Assembly: GCA_000320545.1 (NCBI GenBank)
Contig: ADNK01002054.1
Span: 21,899-85,898, forward strand
From: Bigelowiella natans CCMP2755
Lineage: Eukaryota; Protista; Cercozoa
Direction: 5' to 3'
DNA length: 64,000 bases
Positions 47,921 through 60,587 of this stretch are shown piece after piece. The notes under the pieces were generated by a model. That model had not been told where the DNA came from. It made no database searches and was given only the letters and a program-made list of their open reading frames with translations. Every line of letters begins with the position of its first letter. Position 1 is the first letter of the stretch. A program made the translations under genes and the position numbers.

Positions 47921-48981
47921 AATTTCTCAATTCTGCACAGGTTTGTGACAAGTTTTTCCTCTTGGTTGAACAAGCAAAACTCAAAGGCGAAGCCTCAGCT
48001 AGCTCAGGATCACGGCCCCCAGGTCATCATCCCGAACCTCGCAAACGCACGTTTTCAACTCGCTTGTTTGTCCTCCCATTCACCAGTTCACATTGAGACT
48101 CTCCGGTTCACAAAGCCCATTGAAGTTCCCTTGGTGCATCCTGCACAAAGTGAGACCACCACCAGTGCAATTCGCTTGCCGGCGCTGGCAAGCCAATTGG
48201 ATGCATTCGCACGTTCACGTGAACAAGTGAAGCTTTTTCAACACAATGAACCAAAACCCTGAATCAGTGATGATGAAGTGACATTGTTCATGGAAACGTG
48301 GTGCGTCGATCAACAAAGTTTCTTTCTTTTTTCACTTCCATGACTGCTTGGACTGATGAGGGCTGGAGGGTGTGGACGAGTCAGTGCCATTGGAACGGAC
48401 TTCACTGCTCACACTCACTCGCAGCAAAACCAATGACCACTTTGCATCCACCAATCACCAATGTGTAGATTCGATCACTTCGTCCATTCATCCACTCATG
48501 ATGCTTTCAGCTCCAGAGCTTCACCACTGAAGTCTTGCTGGGTGTTCCTTCGGATGACCCGGCCGCGCTGTCACGTTCGCAGACTTTGCATGGTGACCAT
48601 GGACGCTTTCTTTGCACACTTTCGGTCCCCGGCAGCGCTTGGCTGTGCTAGTGTGTGTTCGTTGTGCGCACACAACGTGACATGCTGCGCGTCATTGCAC
48701 GTTGCACAGGACAAATTCCGTGCTCATGTGCGCGCTGATTCCCAAAGCGTCGCAGTTGCCACGCATCGCATGTCATCATTTATCATGAAGGAGAGATGTG
48801 CCTACACCCACCACACATGCACAAATGATGATCGAACAGATTTGGGACTAAGCACCTAGTCAATGCATTCACCAGCACTGAGCAGGTAAAGTAATGAGGG
48901 ATCTCGCCTTAAAAATGATCGTGTCGAGTTGTTTAAGAGTAGTGATTGCTCTTAGAAACATCACAATTGTGGCAAAATGAA

Positions 48982-51062
48982 CTATACTAACTGCTCAGTT
49001 TTCATTTCATCCCTGTTAGCAGAATTTTTCTTCTCTACTTTTTTCATTTCCTTTTTGGCTTTTGCTTCTGCTTCTTTGTCAGCTTTTTCTTTGTAGTACT
49101 TCCAGCTTTGATCGAAGTACCTATAAAGCGAGGTAAGTCAGCTAGATTCGATGAAGTCGCTTTTATTTTAGCCTTACTGGTTTGGATGTGTCCCAACGTT
49201 TGATATCAGATCTTCGTGTGGATTTCCACCATGGCTTGCTACAAAGTACTTTTGGCAAGCAATCTAAAAGTAATGGTCTACCGTGAGGCAAAGGAACGAC
49301 TATGATACCAAGAGTTATTAATACCCCGAAATGGAAGCCCTTTGTAAGCTTGATGATCTCCTCGATACTATTTCCTGAAATTTTCTTTTTTCGTAGAGTT
49401 GCTCGAAGGTGGGACTCATCGAACTGCTTGAAAGGGCATGCTGCAAAGCATAAACAAACAAACCACATCACGTACCCACACTTGCACAACGCACGTACTT
49501 AAATCTTCGTAAAGTATCAAAAGAAGAAGAATTACAGTGGTATTCTCCGTTCCCAGGTGTAGCTCGAATTATTTTCATACACGTGTAAGGAGTATAGTCA
49601 GCCCGTTTCCCCTCTTGGCCATAGCTATGACGAATGTTGTAGGAATATGACTTTTGGAACTTGTCAGCATCGACTTTCCTTGCAAATGCTTTTCTCCAGA
49701 AATTCAAAGACTCTTTCATAGTCAGCCCAATTCCCTACGTACCAACAGATCCCATAGCCATATTCCCATCACACAAACAGACTGGCAGTCAGGCGCACTA
49801 GAAGTATCTCCACCTTGAGGAAAAGTCCAAATGTTTGGCGACCCTCATATCTTAAGTGGGAGTTTTCAACCAGCTTCTGGTGCATGTGTTGCATGCATAG
49901 TGGGAAAGACCTCTCCGCCAACTGATTGGTGAATCACATAACTGAGAAATAAACATACGACGAAGTTGAATATTACCATTGGAATCATATCAATAGTGAC
50001 CCTTCCCTCATAGCTGTTCGCTTTATATGAAGGACCGGTAGATCCACGAGAAAGTGCGGCCACAAGTGGCCCCACGCGTCTGTCTTTTTTCAAAGTATGC
50101 CGGATGCGTGAAAGACGGGCAAGCTGCTTGGACATGTGGGATCTGAACTTAGCTTCCAAAAGTGTCACTAATGCCTTTTGCTCAACGTATGCAAAACCAT
50201 CTTTGAGGAGTACGCGACGTGTTCTGACTAGGTCAATTGCCTCTTCAAATTGCACCTAGGTGGTAGGTCATGACAACGATGAACACCGGGAACTGCTAGC
50301 GTTCTTCTAGGGACATACCTTATAAAAGGTGTTGCATTCGATCCCATACCAACGACTCAAAGCTCCAACTTCTTCACTTAGCTCAGCACGATTGATCTGA
50401 TCGAAAACAATGATTAATTCCAAGCCAGCACAAAGGTGATGAGGATATTTACTGGATGATATTTAAGTTTCTGCTCTCCAAAAAAATGATCCTTAGCATC
50501 AGACGTTGCAGCCATAAATCGATACCTGATGTGAAAGATTTAGTATCTCTAACCTGTCTTAACCTTCCTTACACATCACTCAATGTTGTTCTCATATCAA
50601 TCTACCTGAAGAACATCTTTTCGTATTCTGTCAGCCAGCGCCTCGAGTCTTCACTAGAAAGGATCAAGCGTTCAGTGATATTGGATTTTCATATACATAT
50701 ATGAATTTAATTTACGTTTGGCAGAATGCAAGCCGCAAAATAAAGTGTGACAGCTGGTCTTTTCTGCCCTTTAGCTGGAATTTACGAACAGCTTTCCGAA
50801 TCATCTCGGGGATGCCTTCTTTTTGATTCTTGGCGCACATGTTCTCCAAATTTTTAAGGACTACAGTGAGAAGGAAAGATCAGAGCTGATATTTTGGTTG
50901 ATGCAAATTCTCACCCTGAAGGCGGTCAAGCGCAAACTGCTCGAACTCCACCATAGATACTTCTTCTGTAGGTGCCTTGGCATACATTGAGATCTGCGAG
51001 TCAACCAGCAGCCCCGCTTCTGCTCGCGTTTTACGTTTTCGTGTGCTCTGGCGTATTTGCAT
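48982..51062 (-). CDS. PRIM2: DNA primase large subunit (p58), about 10 exons with short introns
   Basis: [104 protein letters not shown], HxCPF, IACQKYF, HPNQYF (Fe-S cluster Cys set). Confidence 0.96.
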
Positions 51063-51581
51063 TGTGATGGGTTCACGAGGGGCAGTTCAAAGATATCCTT
51101 CTCGCGGATCGAAATTGTCGAGGATGGGGCCCGCTTCTCCTAAATGGAGCTATGATAGAGATGTCATCGAACCTGAATTCTAGTTGCGACACAAAATATT
51201 TGATGTCGCTTGCATAATTTAAAGAATAAAACAAAGATGGCGCGCTGGTGTATCGTTCTTATTTTTTGGAGGGAAGCCTCTATCTTTTTTGCATCTTTTT
51301 TGTTGTATCCTTCTCGGCAGAATGATAATACACGTAATAATACCTAAATACTTTGATATGTCACATAATTTATGGGTTTCCCCTGGATTTTTATGGATTC
51401 TCATGGATTATCATGGATTTTCATCGATTTCTCCCCAAGGTAAACCTTACGACAGTGCTCAGTTGCGACACATCCCATAAATAATCACTAAGGAGGAGGA
51501 GGAGGAGGAAGAAGAAGAAGAAGAAGAAGAAGAAGAAGAAGACAAGTCAGCTATTAGATCCACATTAATAACACCAAAAGG

Positions 51582-52067
51582 ATGGATGGACTGATCACTG
51601 CAAATAACTACAGCGTAGAGGTTGCTTGCAACCCTCTAATATGTGTTGGTGTGCTCAAGGAGCAATTTTCTTCTCCACCGCCAGGTTTTGTTGGACATTG
51701 TGGACGATGAATGGCTAGCAGAATGTCTCTCAGACGACGGTTGATATCGAATAATTCCGTCTCCTTGTTGAGTTCATAATCAGCCGTGTTAAATATTACG
51801 TTTAGATATTGAAATTCCTGCAAAGCACAAATTACCTGCAGACGACGTAGATGATGCAAGTGAGTCCCTGATTGATGCAAACAGCGACAAGAAGTTTAAA
51901 ATTGTAATTTTTATTTTTAGATGAGGCTGAGGCAAAGGCGAAGGCCGAGAATAGTTGGATGGTGATAGTTCATTTGTAAATATGTTTGCAAAATCATGTA
52001 TTAATTTTCGATATTACAGGAGCTGGGGTTGCAAATTTTCACAGAAGATGCGTCATCGTCACAATAG
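51582..52067 (+). CDS. ANAPC13: Anaphase-promoting complex subunit 13, 5 small exons (absent from the ORF track)
   Basis: Spliced product MDGLITANNYSVE-VLLDIVDDEWLAECLSDD-DIEIPAKHKLPADDVDDA-NEAEAKAKAENSWM-ELGLQIFTEDASSSQ* fits the APC13 pattern LD.IDD.W..D.L..D..IP...E..W.DL.L. All introns are GT-AG. Confidence 0.82.
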
Positions 52068-52229
52068 CACTATTTATGTGCTCCTTTATTATGATCACGT
52101 GAAGAAGTAGAGAGATGGTAGTTCCTACAGTTTGGCTCGATAAAAATGCTCAATAATCACAGCCACTACTAGTGTTATCGAATGGCTTGCTTTCGAGATG
52201 TATAATCGCGATTACATCATAACGCCCAG

Positions 52230-52768
52230 CGTGCGCACACGCACAGTCATCATGGCATGCATGCGTTGTGTTGATGAATGTCGAAGTCCTTCTACATCTA
52301 GACATGTGCATGTGTGGGTAAGAACGCGTGTGCAAAACCACACATGTTGTTGAGAACACGTGTGCAAAACTGCACGTGTATGTTCGTCACGTGCGTGTGC
52401 GGCACATATACACAGCCCAAAGGGCTTTGCCTGTTTGTCTGGAGGGGGTTTCGGTTGAAAGAGTGGGTGCCGGGTGACGCCTATTTTGATTCTGACTCTG
52501 AAATTATGGCTGTTCCAGTCTAGCAGTGTTCATCAAACTGCATTGATCATCAGTCAAATTTTCCGTTGAACCGCACGTGGATTTGATCATCAATACGTGA
52601 CTCGTGATCCATCACTCACGTCAACCGCTCCTGTCAAATGCTTGCTTCGTTCATTCATTGGTTGAATCTTCACTGTTCAATGTTCAACCGCTCCAGCAGA
52701 ATCGCCACAGCAGTGCTAGAGTGGTGCAGCACGCAGTCCAGGCAACGTGCCGGCGTGTTGAACAATGG

Positions 52769-52805
<37 letters not shown>

Positions 52806-54230
52806 GCATGTACCATGTGCATGGAGAGACAAAGCATGCCACATGCATCGAAGATCGACATCCATGACATGCTAGCATGCGTGTCTCTGTGTGCATGCAT
52901 GTAACGACAAACAAGTGACAAACTGGGCATCTTGTGAAATCGATTTGCACCGCCGGCGGCTTTGCAAATCTGAATTTTCGCGCACGCGCTTAGGTGACAC
53001 CTTGGCAACAAATGATCATTGCATTGTGGACACTCTGCGCAACGTGCTCTAGACGTGCTGGCGTGTTTTGACCGGCAGTTGAAAGTGTTTGGTTGTTGCA
53101 ATGCTATGTCGGCTGATTGTGACAGACATGCAATGCGTAATGCATGCAATGCGTGTCCCATTGCTGTGTCCATTGTCCATTGTGAGCATGCAAGCATGTG
53201 CTGCAAAAATTTGAGGCACATCCACGATGTAGACATGCACTCATGATGGACATGCAACATGATACATGTGATGCATGTGCTAGTTGTTGTGTCCATCACT
53301 AGATCATGAAATGACGCCAAAATGACACATCAGAATCCACATCACCGCCAGCTACATCAATCAAATCGACCACAACCACGCGACAACCACTGTGCGACCA
53401 TCACAAAACCCCTAGGCAATTGAGCATCCAACACCTACGAAATGACTTCATTTTCTTTTTCTCTTGCATGGTTTGTGCAAATTGGAGGCCTTTGATTTCT
53501 TCGATTTGGCTTTTTTTTCCTCATTTTGTGCTTATATGCTGGGATCGCGATGGTCATTCGATGGCATCGAAGCTGGCGCATTTTGCGAGAACGCATCACC
53601 ATTGGCTGCTTCTCTAGGTGTTGAAATCTGGGCTGTAGGTTGACTTGGTTGTGAGTCAAACTCATGTACGAATGAAATGTGTGCAAAATGTCACTTCGCA
53701 TTGTCTGATTGATCTCGCACCGAAATTGTCACAATTTTCTGGAATGCATCCCCCTTCAAGCTGTCAAAAATCGCACAAATGTGGACCTTTGCTTGATGAT
53801 TTTTGGACCACATGCCATGGCATGAAACCGATTGCAATCATCATGCAGCAACAAGTAGCAGTGCACGTGGCCAGACGTGCGATGCAAGCAAAAAATTCAA
53901 GCAAAATGCGGCGGCCGCCGCTGCCTCAACGTACCATGAAAATTATCGGGTTTCACCGTCTAGTTACGTTGTGCGTACGGACACGTGTCACAGTGGGTCG
54001 TCGCGCGGCCGATACATGCACATCAAAGTATTATTGTTGACATGAGTTTCACTAGCAAAGCTGTTGTTTGCATGTACCGCATTGTTGCATTGCTGCACGT
54101 TCGTATTAGACAGTGGCAGTGCGATGATGATGATGAGTGTTCGCATGCAGTTGGCGCCCTGATGCATGCCGCGCGCGCTATTCAGGTGTCTGCCATTACA
54201 CCCCCAAAACCAATGTGATTATGCATAGCT
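52230..54230. repeat. Partially TpA-depleted intergenic island (degraded repeats) between convergent genes
   Basis: Strong CA/TG/TGCA enrichment and sparse TA, many in CTAG/TAG context. Stack of Cys/His-rich spurious ORFs. Hairpin gatttgca-ccgccggcgg-ctt-tgcaaatc at about 52942-52970. Confidence 0.6.
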
Positions 54231-54549
54231 CAAAACAAGTCGAAAATTATGACCAATATATTATTTGTAATTCTGGAAGTTCTTTTCTGTTGTATGAATT
54301 GACTATACAGTAGTAGGATCGTATCAGCAGTAAAATGCTTGCCAATCCAGGATGATGTGCAAAGCTACCATTTATTTGCGACGCGTAGACCTTTCTTCCA
54401 GATAGATAGATGTTGCAGGAATCTTTTAAATGAAGATCGCTAGTATGTGTTACATAGCTTCAGACCATCTTTGGTTCATCATGAAATTCGCTTCATGTAG
54501 AAAAATCGATTGAAAAATCGATTGCTAATGATTTAATTTCCTCTGGATG

Positions 54550-55072
54550 TTACATATCTTCGGTGACAAAAACAAGACCCCTTTTACTCAGCTCTTCTCT
54601 GTATCTGCAACACATAAATGCAATCCAGATATTGCATGGGATGAGTAACAAACAGCCATTTTATATTCGGATGTAACAAGTTTAATTAATATACCCTTGC
54701 ATCTCGCGTTCTAGTAAGTCCTTCAATTTGGCTCTTCGTGAAATTCTCATCTCGTTGTTACCTTGCTGCAATTCTTCGGCGCATCTGCCAAAATACAAGA
54801 TAATGAGCTTCTATCAAGATATGTGCTAATTTTAACTTACATTTTTTTCCTTCTGTTTCTCATTCGACTCTGCTCCACGAGGGCGGTCTTTGCATGCCAA
54901 TTTGTCACCGCATTGTAATGCGCAAGCCTACCAAAGTTTAGAACAAGAAACATTTTACGACGTGTGGAACAATCATCGGTTAGTCCGAGAATCGAAAGAA
55001 AAAGGACACTCACTCTTTGACAGCCTGTTTACGCTCAATATCTCTTTGATTATCCTTAAGGCGTTTTAGCAT
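54550..55072 (-). CDS. CFAP141: CFAP141/C1orf189-like small ciliary protein, 4 exons (absent from the ORF track)
   Basis: Spliced product MLKRLKDNQRDIERKQAVKE-LAHYNAVTNWHAKTALVEQSRMRNRRKKI-CAEELQQGNNEMRISRRAKLKDLLEREMQG-YREELSKRGLVFVTEDM*. The C-terminal R...L..L...E...Y..EL...G..F pattern matches the family. Confidence 0.7.
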
Positions 55073-55532
55073 CGCCCCCTTATTAGGTATTCAATGTATC
55101 GATTAATCTCTATTGTAGTGATAAGAAAGCGGTGCCCTTTTTCTACAGCTTGTAGGTTTAATAATAATAGTTTGTCATTATTTTTTTTGTTCACATGCAA
55201 TTTACGTACCCCGGATGGCATGACTAATTGTTTACTACAGCTCCAGTTAGCTGGTAATGTTGTTCACGAGAGGAATGAGTTGTTGGTGAGGTCAGCCGTT
55301 TCAACCACTGATTGGTTTATATGTTCGTACGATTCGTAGAAGGAATCCAGTTTCGTCCTCCTATTGTACTGTTACGACAATGACATGAGGACATATCATA
55401 ACAAAAACCATACAATTGTTTCGTTTCATGCCATTCTCTCAGTACGACAACATTCGGAATAATAAATGCCCTAGAAAGCAAGAAAGTATTATACAAGGAA
55501 GTAGTTGTAGGATCGTATCATTCTAGGTGCTC

Positions 55533-55887
55533 ATGTCCACCACGCCATTGTGCTCTGACAGAGAGGAGCCCAGAGAGAGCAAGGCGGATGGTGGCTCCAG
55601 TGTGAAACCCAGCCGATGTTATTCGGTAAATAGCGTTGGGAAAGATGAAACTAGTTGGATCGACGGTATCCTTTCCCTCGATTTGGCAGAGTCAATTCCT
55701 GTGGTTGGCGTGTCCATAGCGGCTATTACCATCTGCACCACCTTTACGCTTTTCTTTGCTACGGGAAAGACCACTGAGGTATGTAAATGTTATTGATGTA
55801 CACAAATTATCCCAAAATTAGCCTAAAAGATGAAGTGTTTCCTGCTGTGTTTTACTCGGAATCTTCTTTCTTTGTCTCATACAAACA

Positions 55888-55925
<38 letters not shown>

Positions 55926-55938
55926 TACAACTGTTGTA

Positions 55939-56003
<65 letters not shown>

Positions 56004-57104
56004 GTATAATATTCATACATATGATGTATTGTATTTGCTATGACAAACAAAAGAGTGTATGCGAGGAGGGGAAAATGGGCCATTGCGACAGTATTAAGGA
56101 CTGGCAGTTGATTCCGACTCTCTCCTTTACCTTCGTACCATGGCCAGGCTACATTGTGTCTTTGTTCGGGATGCTTACAGCTTGCATTCTTTTCTTCGTA
56201 TCTGGCGAAATGGAGAATAGAATCCTATATCTTCAGATGCGAAGGCTAAACTTATTAGGCAGACAAAGGATCAGGGGATGGTGCTGCTGCTGCTTTAGCG
56301 TCTCTTTTATACTCTCCACAGCCCGGTTGGTTTCAACGATAGTTTGCATATGTCTAGCGACATGTATTTGCTGCCAGCTACGATTCAATGTTAGTGTCCA
56401 CAGCACAGCAGGTAGCGTTGTTACGAATGTTTAAGTAAAATTAATGTTAGAAATATAAATGGTCTTTCAAAGTTTCTATAATGCATCAATAACCTTTAAA
56501 AAGTTGTATCGACGTAGGAATTCGAGGTGAAGGGCTTGTCAGACCGGTTAATAAATCTTAACATATATTTGTTTCGCAGCATTCTTTCTCTTTATCGGGG
56601 GCCTGCTCATGGTGCTACTCCAGCAACAAGTAAACTGACATCAGAAAATGTGTGCATGCGAAATAGGAGAAGCGATCCACACTAGGAATTTAGCAAGTGA
56701 ATCCGTATAAATCAGATCCAATCGACCATACTCAAATGTTCTAATGAGAGGGATCATGAGGCACTTCTTGAGTGGTGGCAAGAAGCAGAGAAAGCTATGC
56801 GCTTCAAGCGCTGGGCTCTCCTTGCATACTTGCTTTGTTTTATCGGGTATTCGATAGCAGTCGTAATTAGAAGACATGCAGTCGAGCCATACAGGTTTTA
56901 AGCTTAATGCTAATGCTGAAAATACTTATTCATATTAACTAAAATTCATGTATTGTTTGATATTGTAGTGCTGCTCTGGAGTATGTAGTCGTCATTGCCT
57001 TGGCAATTGGATTGACAACGTACACTGCAGATATTCGCATTCACAAAGTGCACTTCGGAACTTGTGAATCCAGATTGATGGTCATAGAAAATGTTACTAG
57101 CTAG
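55533..57104 (+). CDS. Frag1/DRAM/Sfk1 (TMEM150-like) multi-pass membrane protein, 5 coding exons
   Basis: About six TM segments, IPTLSFTFVPWPGY, VHSTAAFFLF, C-terminal SAALEYVVVIALAIGLTTYTADI. Confidence 0.72.
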
Positions 57105-57835
57105 CTGCAAGATTTGCTCTGCTATTCAATGAAATATAAACATATGTGTTACATGTACATAATCATTAAATAAATTATTGCTAACTACATGATGAGCTGG
57201 CATAGCTAGATAGGAGCTACAACCTGAATGTAACATAGATAAATATAAGCTTCTGCTGCCTAGCTGCGCTAGCGTGTTCGATTCGCCTGCTTGCTGTCAA
57301 AAACCAAAAACAGAAAACTGTTGATTTTTCACTCTCTAGCTCTGTATATCTGTTCAATGTGAGACACTAGTGCAGCTGGCTAGCTGGCTGCTGGGATTGA
57401 CGTAGAAATAAGAAATGGTGAGTACCTCTAGACGTATTGTTCGTAAGCATGCGGTGGATCCAAAAATGCAGTCGAGGAGCGCTTGAGCGATGGTGATGCA
57501 TCGTATCGTATCGCGTCATCAGGGCTAGCTAGCTAGCAGAGCTAGAGAGGGGGCGCGTAATCGCACTGCCTCTGCATTGCACCGCTAGCGCATGCCATTC
57601 TAATCTACGCTTGACTAGTTGAATCTACAATTCTGCTTTACGCAGTGCGGCGGTTCGAACATCATCATAATTATTGCCGCTATAAATGTTAATATTGGCT
57701 TATTTGAGATTGACTGATGCACCATCGATGTCAGAATGACTCAGCTCATGTGCGCACAAGCTAATGGACACAGCATTTGTATTATTTAACGCATCGTCCA
57801 ATACTCTAAAAAAATGTGACACGCTTCTCTAGTTC

Positions 57836-59610
57836 TTACACCTTCCGCTTGAAATAATGATCCAGTTTGCGGGTTTTTCCAGGAGATTTTGTCGGGCTTT
57901 GAAGTATTTTCCTTTTATTTTGGATACCAGCTTGAGGAACTGGGGCGGGTGATTTTTTTGTAGTTTCTGCTGTTGGTTTACCGTCAGATTTCATTTTCTC
58001 TTTACCATCTGTGCTCGCCACTGTGTCTGTAGTGCCGCAAATATTACCAGTTGTATCACCAGCAGTATTTGGAAGATAGGGAATGTCGTTTGTAGTGTAG
58101 GTATCCGCGTTATATGTTTCTTTCAAGTTAGGTGATCTTTTGATCCTTGTGCTAATTTCCTTTTTCGGCACAGTTTTCGCCCCAAAGAAGCGTCCGATGC
58201 CTTTCTCTCGGCGGCGTTTCATCACGACTTCTAGAGGTTCTAGACATTCAGCCTGGCAGCAAAAGCTATGAATGATTGGTCAAGCATATCGCTAGATTGA
58301 CACCCTGTCTTTACCTTTTTGTTTCTTATATTCCCCACATACTCCGATACTTTATACCAGAACAGCCCATTCTATCATTGCAATCAAAACTTATGTTCGA
58401 TACATGTTTTTTAAATCATCTACTCTTACAGATGAACGAAATTATAGAGAAAGTGAGAATTTCTGGAGGCTATGAGTCAATGGGAAGATTCAATGAAAGC
58501 CAAAGACAAACTGAAGATCGACGTCCTGGATAACATACGAAAAATTCCCACCTTTGTCAACGGTGAAAGAAGGGACACGCAATCGTCGAAAGAGTTATTT
58601 TCGCAATTTAGCCACTGCACATTAAAACAGGAGTGAGATTTAATTGAAATCGGATGCAAATATTGAAACCTTGTCAATACGCTGCTGATCTGACAGCACC
58701 ACTGGCATCCTGTGATGAATTCGAGAAAAATCCTGCGAATTAAGAGTGGTTACGGTCACAATCTGAGTAAGACGTTGAAATATTACTTTTGTTGAAGCAG
58801 TCGTAAGTATTGTAACTGAGTATATCTGTAATCGAACAATTCAATCAAATCGCACTTCGAAATCAAAGATGGAACTTACCTCTTCTTCGCCTTTTCCTCG
58901 CCGAACGTCGTATAGTGCAGCTAGATGTAAAAGGTTAGACTTGTTGTCTATGTCCGACTCCAAAGAGGGTTGTGTCCCTGGAATAAGAACGGTTAGCAAC
59001 ACTTCTAAGTGAGAAAGTGTGACAAACTAACCCGTGTGAATGAAGTATGGTTGCTTCTTCTTGGCACCCAACTTCTCCCATTCGTAGAAACCATCAACCA
59101 CCACCACACATCTCTGTTTCTGAAGAAGTCTTCGGAACGCACCGCTTTTTGTAAGGCCTTCCGAGCGAGCGTTGATAAGATTGAACCTATGATGAAACAT
59201 TCACCACCCCGAAAACATAATTTGGTGATTAATTAATGAGTAATATTTATTTGATGACCAATTAACTTTGTTTTTTCACGCACTGTGTTTGGAGTTTTCC
59301 GTCCTCGGACTGCTTTGTGTAAGAGGGAATCAATCCCCATTTCATGACATGTAGCAAAGTATCATTCTCCTCCATTTTAGTTTCTTCATCATTAGATCCT
59401 CCATACTTGGAACTTTTCTTCCTCAGGACAGGAATGTGGCTCCCAGGACCCATGTCTCACAAAATGTAAACATAAGGACGATGAACAAAGTAACAAGGTG
59501 ATGATCTTACTATATCCAGGCCGATAGGATCCGCCTCCTGAAACAATAGCAGCTCCGAGAACTCTCTGCAGCACTGCCACGCTACTCTTCGATGCAACTC
59601 GGCCGCACAT
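57836..59610 (-). CDS. HMCES: SRAP-domain abasic-site protecting protein (HMCES/YedK family)
   Basis: N-terminal MCGR (catalytic Cys2), YNMGPG, MKWGLIPSY, INARSE, RCVVVVDGFYEW, KQPYFIH, IHHRMPVVL. Disordered tail ends in a PIP-like KLDHYF. Confidence 0.93.
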
Positions 59611-60587
59611 CCGCCAATTGAAGTTTGATGTTTGGGATTCAAAGGGAAGGACGTAGGAGTGTGTGACTTGTGAAGGCCTTCCATACACATGTCTCGAGAT
59701 TTCTCGAGATTCCTTTCATCAAACACATTAGGTTTTATCGTTACGACATCTCCATCAGGCAGCTTTCTATTAGTAATATTAACTTACATGTTTTAGGGAT
59801 GATGCATCAAAATTCGGTGAAGTGAATTTCGATGTCGTCACTGATTTTTCATAAGAATAAACCAAGATCTTGAAAATTGATTCATATATTTTCAGGTTAT
59901 ATTTTTTATTCTTCACAAGCGGTTAGTTTTCTCGTCTATAAACTAAAAATAGAAATTTGTATACAAATAATTAATGAACTGATGACTTGCGTCAGATCTT
60001 TTACGTTGTCGTATATGGATAATTGAAGAATCGCATCGTCGTCGCACAATTCATCATCCAATCTGAGCCCGAGCTTATTTCCAGTCCTAAATTTCAAAAC
60101 CAAGTATTTAAAAATAGCGGGCAATATTTTAGTTTTCCGACGAATATGCTTGTTTCTACTGTATGTTATCATACCAAAATTCCATATTACGAAATAAATG
60201 TGATTCAGATGCGTGGTTATCAGACTTAGAATTTGTTCAGCAGACATCAGCGACTGGCGAAATAGGTGGCGTTTAAGGGGGGGGGGGGGGGAACGGGAAC
60301 GACGGAAGTACATCACCTGATACAGAGTGAAATTTGATTAGATAAGTCTTAGCCATATGGAACTGTAGATGGTTTATGATCTGGTTGCAGCAGTAATCGT
60401 CAAGCGGCACATCATAGAGTCCCTGCACTAGCCACGCCTCCTGCAGCTTGTAATAAATTTGTTGAAAAATACAAGGGATCAACCTAAACCGCATACAGTT
60501 ATAGTGTTATTTATATTGAGTCTAATGTGAGTGAATTCTCTTACTCAGTCCTAAACGGACGGCCGAAGTGGTTGTGGCTTTTGGAAC

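Noticed and set aside
44761-48780. Classical RIP, CpG-methylation decay, or ADAR/APOBEC editing as the cause of the skew
   Set aside because: RIP increases TpA. CpG is not depleted. APOBEC gives C->T/G->A. ADAR would be strand-specific and prefers UAG, the context that survives here.
45386-48859. Many long overlapping Cys/His-rich ORFs (also at 52604-54218 and 63125-63950) as novel metal-binding proteins
   Set aside because: Explained by loss of TAA/TAG stops and Tyr codons in TA-depleted DNA. They are open in several frames at once.
48982-59610. PRIM2, APC13 and HMCES near the eroded islands as a functional cluster or the mutator machinery
   Set aside because: These are ordinary conserved eukaryotic genes, adjacency is uninformative, and no deaminase or DNA methyltransferase motif was seen in the window.
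59700-60560. Possible small minus-strand gene or snoRNA between HMCES and the transporter
   Set aside because: Exon-like pieces exist (e.g. LRLDDELCDDDAILQLSIYDNVKDL), but I could not build a consistent ORF, recognise a family, or find paired C/D boxes.
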